Part shown: one piece after another, positions 50,217-58,838 of the stretch
Layout of the letters: each line of letters begins with the position of its first letter
Position numbering within the stretch: position 1 is the stretch's first letter
From: an uncultured Candidatus Bathyarchaeia archaeon
Lineage (GTDB): Archaea > Thermoproteota > Bathyarchaeia > RBG-16-48-13 > JAGMEO01
Length of the DNA: 64,000 bases
Reading direction: 5' to 3'
NCBI GenBank assembly: GCA_964551465.1
Contig: CAZKBR010000001.1
Coordinates: 11,768-75,767 of the forward strand
Position numbers and translations under genes: made by a program
The notes under the pieces: generated by a model
Told to the model about the DNA's origin: nothing
Seen by the model: the letters and a program-made list of their open reading frames with translations, nothing else
The model's database searches: none

Positions 50217-51860
50217 ATGCCTTTAATGAAGGGTTCGCAGATTATAGTAGAGCAGCTTAAGAAAGAAGGCGTTGAGTTCATATTTGGTTTGCCAGGAGGC
50301 CCCGAACTCCCCCTTTTGGATGAGTTGATAGACGATTCGAGCTTGAGATATGTTTTGAATAGGCATGAGCAGGCTTCAGCTTTCATGGCCGACGCATATG
50401 CCAGAGTGACTGGCAAAGTCGGAGTCTGCATGGCAACAATTGGACCCGGAGCGACAAACCTTACCACCGGAATTGCGAGCTCATTTCTAGATTCGGTTCC
50501 ATTGCTTGCAATTACAAGTCACATTTATAGAACTGCTGAAGGTAAGGGCGATTTCCAAGAAATAGATCAGGTTTCGATCTTCAAACCTATCACAAAATGG
50601 AATGGATCCGTGAGGTATGTTGAGATATTGCCGGATGTGCTTCGGAAAGCTCTGCGAATCTCTCTAACTGGTAGACCTGGACCTGTTCATTTGAACATAA
50701 GTAGAGATGTTTTTCATGAAACGACAGATACTGAGATTCTTTCTCCGCAGAAATATAGACCTATAAACGCATATTACGGCGCCATGGACAAAGTAAAGGA
50801 CGCTGTACCTTTGCTTCTCAAGTCGAAGAGGCCTGTGATGTGGGCAGGTGGCGGAGTGATTATTTCTAATGCCTCAAACGAAGTAAGAGATCTGGCTGAG
50901 TCACTGCGGATACCTGTAGCAACAACCTGTAGTGGGAAAGGGGTCATGCCAGAAGACCACCCGCTCTCAGTAGGTATCAGAGGAAGATGGGGAGCAGAGC
51001 TAGCCGATCAAATACTCTCTGAAGCTGACCTCTTAATCGCCATCGGATGCAGATTCTCAGCTGTCGCAACAAGTAGGGGGAAAGCCAAAATCCCCGATAA
51101 GATAATCCACATAGACATCGATCCTCAAGAGATAGGTAGGAACTATCCTGTGGAGATTGGAATTCTAGGTGACGCCAAGTTCGTCCTAAAACATCTGCTG
51201 ATTTATCTCAAAAAGGAAAGACTGCCAAATTATTCAGATTGGTATAATAGGGTTACAGAACTCAGAGGCAAATATAGAAAGAAGGTAGAGGATCAGTCTG
51301 TCAAGGGAAATACTATCAAACCCCAGTTTTTGCTCAAGACTCTCAGAAAGGCAATGCCTAGAGACGCTATCGCGACTGTAGATATTGGGGAGGTAGTTGT
51401 ATGGACCAGTCAGTTATTCGAGGTGTATCAGCCTCGAACGTACATCAAACAGAGCGGTTTTTCCCCTATGGGCTACGGTGTTCCTGCCGCTGTAGCTTCC
51501 AAACTCGCTAAACCCGAAAAGACCGTTGTAGCCATATGTGGTGACGGAGGTTTCATGATGACCTGCTATGAACTAGAAACCGCGGTGAGACTAGACACAC
51601 CCATCATATGCGTCATCTTTGACAACCGGGCTCTGGGTGAAATAAAGCATCGCCAAGAACAATTGTATCATGGACGGTGTATAGGAGTTGATTTTACAGA
51701 TGTCGATTACTCTGAACTCGCGAAATCTTTGGGTGCATCAGGAGAAAGGATTGAAAGTCCGAACGAGCTGGCGCCAGCTTTGAAGAGAGCCTTGAAATCG
51801 AATCAGCCGTATATATTGGATTGCATAATTGATCCAAAAGAAATACCACCAGAGTTTTAA
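50217..51860 (+). CDS. Thiamine-diphosphate enzyme, acetolactate synthase large-subunit family
   Basis: FGLPGG, RHEQxAxFMA, GPGATN, FQE, GDGGFxM...N ThDP motif. Confidence 0.9.
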   Translation: MPLMKGSQIIVEQLKKEGVEFIFGLPGGPELPLLDELIDDSSLRYVLNRHEQASAFMADAYARVTGKVGVCMATIGPGATNLTTGIASSFLDSVPLLAITSHIYRTAEGKGDFQEIDQVSIFKPITKWNGSVRYVEILPDVLRKALRISLTGRPGPVHLNISRDVFHETTDTEILSPQKYRPINAYYGAMDKVKDAVPLLLKSKRPVMWAGGGVIISNASNEVRDLAESLRIPVATTCSGKGVMPEDHPLSVGIRGRWGAELADQILSEADLLIAIGCRFSAVATSRGKAKIPDKIIHIDIDPQEIGRNYPVEIGILGDAKFVLKHLLIYLKKERLPNYSDWYNRVTELRGKYRKKVEDQSVKGNTIKPQFLLKTLRKAMPRDAIATVDIGEVVVWTSQLFEVYQPRTYIKQSGFSPMGYGVPAAVASKLAKPEKTVVAICGDGGFMMTCYELETAVRLDTPIICVIFDNRALGEIKHRQEQLYHGRCIGVDFTDVDYSELAKSLGASGERIESPNELAPALKRALKSNQPYILDCIIDPKEIPPEF

Positions 51861-51931
51861 CGCGTACATTATGTTGGTTTGTTGCGAGGCAGACTACACT
51901 ATTCCCTTTTTTAGTGTCCTTGGACTTAGGC

Positions 51932-53308
51932 CTATCGTGTGTACGATCGACTTAAGAACTTTGTAAGCCTCTCTTGGTGCAGTTCATTCTCAAGGAGGCG
52001 ACTGCTATCGACCCAATTATTGAGTTTGATGTCAAGTCTTTTTGATATGTGGTCCAAGCTCTCCTTGATTGTTTCAAACTTCTTGAAGTCTCGTCTTAAG
52101 GCGCTCCTCACATTCTCCCTTACCTGCCAAACTCCAACGGGCAAAATGTAACCGGGGTGGGCCTCCCTGAGAACCACTACGGAAGCTTGCCTCTTCTCCC
52201 TTGATAAGTACTCAGTTATAGCAAGTCTAGCTGCGTAGTAACAGCCGCCTATTTCAGCGTATGTGGTCCTTCCTTCATACCCTTCCCAGTCACCGCAGAT
52301 CGCTATGTTTGGACTGCGTGGGTTCCAAGAGGTCCCAGGATACCATGCCTCAACAGCCTCATAGCTCCAGGCTGATGGCATCATGAGCACGATGAACCTG
52401 TTGTCAAGAAAGTTAGACTCATAAACTCTATATTCATTAATGACGGGACTCCTTTTTACAGCCTTGTCTCTGAGGATTCTAGAGATGTTGCTGTCGACGG
52501 CGGTGATGCTCCAACGCGTAGGCACAAGTCTCCTCTGCTTTTCGATCCCGAAGGCGCCAATGCTAAAGGCTCTCTGGATCCTAGAAACAGGAACATTGTC
52601 CTTATAGAGGTCTAGCACGGCGTCGAGAGCCTTCAAATCTGTATCTCTGTACGCCTTCTCAATCTTGTGATCGAACTTTACGTTCCCAGTAGTCAGCTCC
52701 TTCAATTGAGCTGAGGGCCCGAAGGGTTGGAGCTCGCCATCGATAATGAAGTTCTTTCCAGGCTTCTTCTCGAACTCGGCCTCAGCGTCAACAGGAGAGG
52801 CTGAGAGTGCTAACTCCCTGCTCTGATCCATGAGCTTTCCAGCGGCCTCAGCCTTCTTCACGTTGACCCTGAACTTGCCCCTGACCAACTTGAGCCTAAA
52901 ATCCACGATCTCATCAATCTTCCTGCCAAGCCACCGCTCTGGCATGTCGAAGAGACTCGTGTCGCCCCTAATTGGCGGAATCAATGGGCCAGCAAAAACG
53001 TATGGGTAGCCAATGCGGCCAACGAAGACGCCGGGTGGTGAGGAGCCTTCTAGTTCGGTAGCGTCCATCAGGGGCTTGGTCTTCAGGTAGGAGTACAACT
53101 TGACGACTATAGGACAACGTGGCTTTCTGCAGAGCATCCTCGCCCCCCTGCAAGCTATGCACAGACTCTTCGTTGGAACGCGTATTCTAGTTTCCTCTAG
53201 ACTATAGTTTAGGTCAAGGGCTACCCCTGCGTCACTCACAATGTGCTCTATCCACGGAACCCTCTTCTTAACCTTCTTTACAAACCCCTTGCCTAAATGG
53301 AGTTGCAA
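51932..53308 (-). CDS. nreA: Nre-family DNA repair protein
   Basis: CxxCxG...C...CP, GSSPPxVFVGxxGYP, LVPTRWSITAVD, GGxYYAAR, GVWQVRE; C-terminal PIP QERLTKF. Confidence 0.92.
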   Translation of the reverse strand: MQLHLGKGFVKKVKKRVPWIEHIVSDAGVALDLNYSLEETRIRVPTKSLCIACRGARMLCRKPRCPIVVKLYSYLKTKPLMDATELEGSSPPGVFVGRIGYPYVFAGPLIPPIRGDTSLFDMPERWLGRKIDEIVDFRLKLVRGKFRVNVKKAEAAGKLMDQSRELALSASPVDAEAEFEKKPGKNFIIDGELQPFGPSAQLKELTTGNVKFDHKIEKAYRDTDLKALDAVLDLYKDNVPVSRIQRAFSIGAFGIEKQRRLVPTRWSITAVDSNISRILRDKAVKRSPVINEYRVYESNFLDNRFIVLMMPSAWSYEAVEAWYPGTSWNPRSPNIAICGDWEGYEGRTTYAEIGGCYYAARLAITEYLSREKRQASVVVLREAHPGYILPVGVWQVRENVRSALRRDFKKFETIKESLDHISKRLDIKLNNWVDSSRLLENELHQERLTKFLSRSYTR

Positions 53309-53555
53309 TTTATCTTAACCCTTTTTGTCAGCTATATGTAGAGAGGAGAACGCCTTCATAAATTTCAAGGATGGAGCTTGTAGAGGCTCAAAAACTAAGG
53401 CAATAACGGCACCAATTAGAGCCCCCAGACATGGATCTGCCATATTATTCCACACAGAGAATTAGACTACGTAAATAAGTTTTGTAAAAATTAATTTTGA
53501 ATTTTGACTTAATGAGCGTTGAAGGCTAAATGCGGTTTGAAATGAAGAGGTTTAT

Positions 53556-54182
53556 TCAAGATCTAGAATATGAAATCTCGGGGCTTCTCCCCCCTGGATC
53601 TCGATACCGATAAGATCTATATTTAGCTCGCTGTTCTACGATCTTTTGAATTTCCAGCAACTCCTTCCAGTCAATACAATTCCTAGCTTTGATTTCGTCT
53701 ACTACGAGTTGATATTTGGCGATAACGCTCTGTAGACTGTCGATTCTCTCTCTAAGCTTCAGAATTGCTTCTCTCAGATTCTCTATGCTTATGTTCAAAT
53801 CACCCCTCCACCCTCCCTTAGCTCGACTCCAATATAGTTGACAATATCCTATAGGATGAGTTGACAGTACGTCTTCTAAGGAAGTGCCATAAATTATCTG
53901 GATTCGCTCGGTATTGCTCCGCTTTAAACGACGGTTCATTTTTTGGCAAAGAAGGGTGCCGTATCCGAACAACGCCTTTACAGTGATCTGTATCTCTTCC
54001 CCGGTTGGGGGTTCATGAATAAGTATGAGGTCGAGGTCTTCAAGCTCATCTTTCCAGAGTGTGCTTCCAAAGACGTAGATTTCCTTGGCCCGTAAAGGCA
54101 AATCTTCTTCCGTTTCAACCGTTTTAACGATACGTTCTAGTTTAGCTAGGATCTTCTCTCGCTTCAACAGGTCTCCTTCCAA
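53556..54182 (-). CDS. Nucleotidyltransferase (MNT-like) domain protein with coiled-coil tail
   Basis: IYVFGS...DLDLILI; heptad-like C-terminus. Confidence 0.7.
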   Translation of the reverse strand: MEGDLLKREKILAKLERIVKTVETEEDLPLRAKEIYVFGSTLWKDELEDLDLILIHEPPTGEEIQITVKALFGYGTLLCQKMNRRLKRSNTERIQIIYGTSLEDVLSTHPIGYCQLYWSRAKGGWRGDLNISIENLREAILKLRERIDSLQSVIAKYQLVVDEIKARNCIDWKELLEIQKIVEQRAKYRSYRYRDPGGRSPEISYSRS

Positions 54183-54282
54183 ACTTCAATTATGGGAATC
54201 TGGAAACTTCCAAGGATTTTAAAACCAAGCATGTAGCGAACCTATTTTCTAATAGAACAATCGAATCTCGTCACAAAAGCTA

Positions 54283-54702
54283 CTAAGGTCCGATCATCTC
54301 CTCCTTCCTCAATAGAGCACTCCTATTGATTTTGTAGCGACGTTTCGCCGCGGAGCCTCTACGAACCAAGAACCCGAAGGAAGACAGCCTTGAAAGATAA
54401 GTTGACACCGTGCTCAGGCCTATCGGCTCATCAAGTGAATTCTCATAAGCGTCTTGTAGTTGACGGGAAGTAAACCATCCAACTGGAAAATCCCGCGTGA
54501 TAACTCTCTTAACCTTCTCAATCTTTGACAGGTCAGAGAAATCTTGTTTTATGCCGGAAGATGAAGCAGGAGTACCGCCCATTAGCTGAACGACATCTAA
54601 GAGCTGAAGAACTTTTTCTCGAGTGACCTGGCCCTCAAAAGAGATAGTAATCTTGTTTCCGTCATCATCGAATACTTCGACCCTAATACGTCGCGCCGGC
54701 AA
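54283..54702 (-). CDS. Origin-adjacent winged-helix protein
   Basis: C-terminal WFTSxxL...IxLSTVSTYLSRLxxxGxL...RxY wHTH pattern. Confidence 0.75.
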   Translation of the reverse strand: MPARRIRVEVFDDDGNKITISFEGQVTREKVLQLLDVVQLMGGTPASSSGIKQDFSDLSKIEKVKRVITRDFPVGWFTSRQLQDAYENSLDEPIGLSTVSTYLSRLSSFGFLVRRGSAAKRRYKINRSALLRKEEMIGP

Positions 54703-54915
54703 TCGTCTCGACCTGATGAAAACCTGTTAACATCATCTGTGTTAAAATGTTTAACGGTGAAAAACCGTGGATTAAAAGCGGTCGAAACAAACGCAAATAA
54801 GCCAAGAAAAGCCCCTTTTCGGCTTAAGACACGTTATTTCCAAATATTTCAGCGATTCACACGTTCACCACATCCTGTCTAGAAAGAAGATAGAAATATC
54901 CGAGTGTTAGGCTAT

Positions 54916-54936
54916 CTCCAGTGGAAAGAAAGGGGT
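54916..54936 (+). promoter_or_regulatory. ORB element 1
   Basis: CTCCAGTGGAAAGAAAGGGGT matches the ORB core plus G-string. Confidence 0.9.
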
Positions 54937-55073
54937 GGCAGTTATTCTTGTGAAAAAGCCTGGAAAAATGAGATATTTTAAAAAAGAAGCAAAAATGAAG
55001 GATAAAAAAAGACGATTTCACATTCTTTCACATATTTGCACCCAAGAAGATTCATTCGGAAAAAAGAATACGT

Positions 55074-55102
55074 CCCCCCTACGCCTACGTTTCCACTGCA
55101 AC
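55074..55102 (-). promoter_or_regulatory. ORB element 2 (inverted)
   Basis: Minus strand GTTGCAGTGGAAACGTAGGCGTAGGGGGG. Confidence 0.8.
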
Positions 55103-55262
55103 ATTTCCTTGCAAGGAGGCAAGGGATTTTAGGTTTGTTTAATAAAAGCAGAAATTTAGTCTAAAAAAGTTTACAAAAAACATTAAATAAAAATTGGGGA
55201 ATTAACAGTTGGAGTCTATTCCTTTCATATAGGAATGATAAATAACCCCTACTAATGGTCTA

Positions 55263-55282
55263 TTCCACAAGAAACAAAGGGG
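55263..55282 (+). promoter_or_regulatory. ORB element 3
   Basis: TTCCACAAGAAACAAAGGGG. Confidence 0.75.
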
Positions 55283-55369
55283 TGAGAGGGTATTCTTGGC
55301 GTTCTTCTCTCAAGTACCCAACTTTTGTGTAGTTGTTTGTATACAATTTTTTACGAATTGATTTTTATT

Positions 55370-55385
55370 CTCGAGTGGAAAAAGG
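55370..55385 (+). promoter_or_regulatory. Degenerate ORB near the cdc6 start
   Basis: CTCGAGTGGAAAAAGG. Confidence 0.55.
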
Positions 55386-55415
55386 ACCACTACCGCTGAA
55401 TGTGGGGCTTATTCA

Positions 55416-56654
55416 ATGTCTCCAGATGATCTACTAGAGAACATATTTGACAAGTTTTTACAAGATTCACATGTGTTCAAAAATCGCGAAGTCTTACACC
55501 CGGACTACGTTCCAGATAACTTACCCCACAGGGAGGAGCAGACCAGAAGAATCGGCAATATCTTGGCACCGGTTCTACGCGGGTCTCGTGGATCCAACAT
55601 TTTCATCTACGGACAGACGGGTACTGGCAAGACAGCAGTCATTAAATATGTTCTAAACAGGCTGCTTCAAAAGGGTCGTGAAATCGGAGCCCCAATTGAG
55701 GTTTCTTACATTAATTGTCGCCTCGCCGGAACGGAGTATCGCGTTTTGGCTCGTATGAGTGGAAATGTCGGGTTAAGAGTCCCATTCACTGGCTTGGCAA
55801 CCGCTGAGGTTTTTGATCGTTTCAAAATAGTACTGGGCTCAAGGGGTTCTCTTCTAGTAGTTGTCCTCGACGAGATAGATTCCCTAGTAAAAGCCTACGG
55901 TGATGTCTTGCTCTATGAGTTGACAAGAATCAATGAGGGTCTGAAAGAAAGCCGCGTTTCCATTGTGGGCATCTCTAACGATCTCCATTTCAAAGAGATG
56001 CTGGAACCCAGAGTTCTAAGCAGCCTCGGCGAGGAGGAAGTAATTTTTAGGCCATATACAGCCCCTGAAATCCTTGACATACTTCTTCAGAGATCGATCG
56101 CCGCCCTCCATGATGATGTTTTAACTGAGGGAGCCCTCAACCTCTGCTCAGCGCTGGCTGCAGCAGAACACGGTGACGCTAGGCGTGCTTTAGACCTATT
56201 GAGAGTCGCCGCTGAGTTGATCGAGCGAGAGGGGAAACAAAGAATCACTGAAGACGACATAAGGCTTGCGCAAAACGAGATTGAGCGAGACAGAGTAGTG
56301 GAAGTTTTGAAGACGCTTCCGCTTCACTCAAAGCTTGTGTTGTTCGGAGCCTATCTGATAACTAAAGCCAGCATCAAAAACTCCGTTACAGGCGACATTT
56401 ATGAGGTTTATAGGGAACTCTGTACTGTGCTGGGCACGGATTCCTTAACCCAACGTAGAGTCAGTGGGATAATAAGTGAGCTGGACACTATAGGTGTCTT
56501 GAGCTCCAGAATTGTGAGTTTGGGAAGATATGGTCGAACAAAGAAGGTCAGCCTTGGCATTCCTCGTGGCGTTGTTAGAAACGTCTACTCTGAAGATCAT
56601 TGGGTTGGTCAGTTAGTTGGTTATGCACCCAAGTGCCTATCAAACAAAGAATAG
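55416..56654 (+). CDS. cdc6: Orc1/Cdc6 replication initiator
   Basis: YVPxxLPHRE, GxTGTGKT, LDEID, GDARRALDLL, wHTH GRYGRT. Confidence 0.97.
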   Translation: MSPDDLLENIFDKFLQDSHVFKNREVLHPDYVPDNLPHREEQTRRIGNILAPVLRGSRGSNIFIYGQTGTGKTAVIKYVLNRLLQKGREIGAPIEVSYINCRLAGTEYRVLARMSGNVGLRVPFTGLATAEVFDRFKIVLGSRGSLLVVVLDEIDSLVKAYGDVLLYELTRINEGLKESRVSIVGISNDLHFKEMLEPRVLSSLGEEEVIFRPYTAPEILDILLQRSIAALHDDVLTEGALNLCSALAAAEHGDARRALDLLRVAAELIEREGKQRITEDDIRLAQNEIERDRVVEVLKTLPLHSKLVLFGAYLITKASIKNSVTGDIYEVYRELCTVLGTDSLTQRRVSGIISELDTIGVLSSRIVSLGRYGRTKKVSLGIPRGVVRNVYSEDHWVGQLVGYAPKCLSNKE

Positions 56655-57189
56655 AGTTTTTGGCGTCGAGGATGGAAGCTTTCTCTCAAGGAATAGAAAA
56701 ACGCTACTCGTCGCAGTTTTGATGGATTCTAGGTGGATAGAGGCAATCATTCTCAGAAAGATTACCATAGATGGTAAAGACGCAACTGAAACGCTTTTTG
56801 AAATGTTAAGAGGATTCACCTTCGACGCTATTATGCTGAGTGGGGTATCCTATGCTGGTTTCAATCTTATAGACCCGAAAAAAATCTGTGAAATACTTCG
56901 TGTGCCCGTTATCGTCGTTTGTAGGAGCAAACCAAATAATGACGCTGTTAGGGCAGCGCTGGTTAATCACTTTGAGGATTGGGAAGAGCGATGGAGTATT
57001 GTTGAGGGTCTCGGTAAAATCTATGAAGTGTTTTCAAAGCCCGATGCTCCTCCTCTATACATCGAGGTTATCGGCGGAGATCTCTCTTGGGCAAGAAGCT
57101 TAATTCGTGAATTGGCCACTTGTAGTAGGATCCCTGAGCCGATACGCGTGGCAAGATTTATTGCCAGAGGTCTATCTCGTCTTTCCTAG
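56617..57189 (+). CDS. DUF99/UPF0215 (endonuclease V-like fold) protein
   Basis: GVEDGSF, DGxDAT, GxSYAGFN, IPEPIRVA. Confidence 0.85.
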   Translation: MVMHPSAYQTKNRVFGVEDGSFLSRNRKTLLVAVLMDSRWIEAIILRKITIDGKDATETLFEMLRGFTFDAIMLSGVSYAGFNLIDPKKICEILRVPVIVVCRSKPNNDAVRAALVNHFEDWEERWSIVEGLGKIYEVFSKPDAPPLYIEVIGGDLSWARSLIRELATCSRIPEPIRVARFIARGLSRLS

Positions 57190-58745
57190 TCAACTGTAGT
57201 CTTGAAGTCTATCGGCATTATGTTAAACGATTGCAGGTCGACTACGGGAACGATCCCAGGCTTTGGAGTCAGACCCATTCTCTCCTGATATTTTGTCTGA
57301 CTCTGCCAAGAACCGGAGTTTACTAACAAAGTTCCTCTGTATTTCTCATAACCTACCACATGAACATGGCCAACCTGGAAGATGTCCGGCGGGACATCAA
57401 TCACTAGATAATCTTTTGGTTCAGGCGCAATCGGTGTTTTGCCCCCGTATGATGGCGCGAGGTGTCGTGCTCTTAACAGGAGCTCCAGAGCTTTTTGTAC
57501 TGTTTCGCCTAGGTTTTGATACATGATGTTTGGGACAGACCCAATAACATCATCCAAGCTTCTCCCATGGTATAGCAAAAATTCTACTTCATGAAGTCTT
57601 ACTCTAGCCGGATTGCCTAATGCTGTAATTTTTCTCGCAGCGTAAAGAGGCTCAGCATACTTCTTTAGAATAGCAGGCTGCGGTAAGGCTTGTCTAGTCG
57701 CGTCGTGGTTCCCGGGAATAATGATCACTTCAATGTAGTCTGGGATTTCCTCAAGAAGACGCGCGGCGAGACCATACTGTTCAACTACATCTGTTATCGC
57801 AAGTTCCTCCTCTTGGTTCGGGTAAACCCCAATCCCATCTACGACATCGCCAGCGATGACTAGGTATTTCACTCTACCAGCGATCTCTCTTTGCCTGCTG
57901 TTCCCAACCTTTCCATGGAGCCATCTGAGAAATCTGTTAAAGGCATCTTCCAGAAAATTATTACTTCCAACATGCAGATCTGAAGTGAGAGCCGCGTAAA
58001 CTGGCTCATAGGACTTTTTAGGTTTTCTCTCCGGCACATCCGGCCATATCAGATCTGTGACTATAAGAATGTTTCCTCTACCTTTGGTAGCCTGCACGCA
58101 GATCACTTGGTCCAGCAAAGTCATTCGAGCTTTCTCAATCAGAGTTCTATTTGCCGTTGAGGGCACAAATACCGTTACCGAGGAAGTCAGATCCTCAATG
58201 CGCATCAATACTGCTCCCTTCGTTTCTTTCTTACTAGTCACCATCCCAATCGTCTTGACCTCGGAGTTCATGCGCGCCTTAACAGTCTCGCTTACGGACA
58301 CGGCATTTCTCGCGTCAATTCTTCTTCTCAAGATCTGCTCAATTCTGGTAAACCGATCTCGAAAATAGCCTAAAAAGTTCTCCGCATCTTCAATCGAACT
58401 CATGGTTTCAGTTGGATCCTCCAAGACTTCCACATTTCCCTTAACTTCTTTGGCATAAGGACGGAAGGCGCCCTTCCCCTCTTTTAATTCATACGACGCA
58501 GCCGGAATCTCTTCAAGCGATTTTACTCGAAGAGTCTCCTCCAGCAAATTCTTCGTAATGAAGATCAGCTTCTCAGAGGGCGTATCTATTCTGCCCAAAG
58601 TAAGTTCTATCAAGTCAATAGGGTCATGATCCTTTGCGTGTTGTTGAATAAAGAGAAAAGCTTCTTGGTCCAGCTGATATCCTCTGCTAAGTGCAAGTGC
58701 ACACGCCTTCTCAATTTTCTCAACTAAGTCCGAGTTTTCTTCCAA
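57186..58745 (-). CDS. polB: DNA polymerase D small subunit DP1
   Basis: SDLHVGS, GDVVDG, PGNHD, HG, GHVH, NSGxWQ phosphoesterase motifs. Confidence 0.96.
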   Translation of the reverse strand: MEENSDLVEKIEKACALALSRGYQLDQEAFLFIQQHAKDHDPIDLIELTLGRIDTPSEKLIFITKNLLEETLRVKSLEEIPAASYELKEGKGAFRPYAKEVKGNVEVLEDPTETMSSIEDAENFLGYFRDRFTRIEQILRRRIDARNAVSVSETVKARMNSEVKTIGMVTSKKETKGAVLMRIEDLTSSVTVFVPSTANRTLIEKARMTLLDQVICVQATKGRGNILIVTDLIWPDVPERKPKKSYEPVYAALTSDLHVGSNNFLEDAFNRFLRWLHGKVGNSRQREIAGRVKYLVIAGDVVDGIGVYPNQEEELAITDVVEQYGLAARLLEEIPDYIEVIIIPGNHDATRQALPQPAILKKYAEPLYAARKITALGNPARVRLHEVEFLLYHGRSLDDVIGSVPNIMYQNLGETVQKALELLLRARHLAPSYGGKTPIAPEPKDYLVIDVPPDIFQVGHVHVVGYEKYRGTLLVNSGSWQSQTKYQERMGLTPKPGIVPVVDLQSFNIMPIDFKTTVD

Positions 58746-58838
58746 TCCTCTCCGCCAAAGAAATCATATCAATTCGAATTCTAAATCAGCGCACGCATCC
58801 GAGGAAGTGGAGGAACTGAATTACGCTGACCCCTGGAT

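Larger units (their letters stand above)
54916..55385. other. Replication origin oriC (ORB boxes and AT-rich DUE)
   Basis: ORB-like boxes at 54916, 55074 (minus), 55263 and 55370 around A/T-rich tracts, directly upstream of cdc6. Confidence 0.88.

Noticed and set aside
54935..55132. 65-aa Lys-rich ORF inside the origin
   Set aside because: It is a by-product of the A-rich DUE and overlaps the ORB elements.
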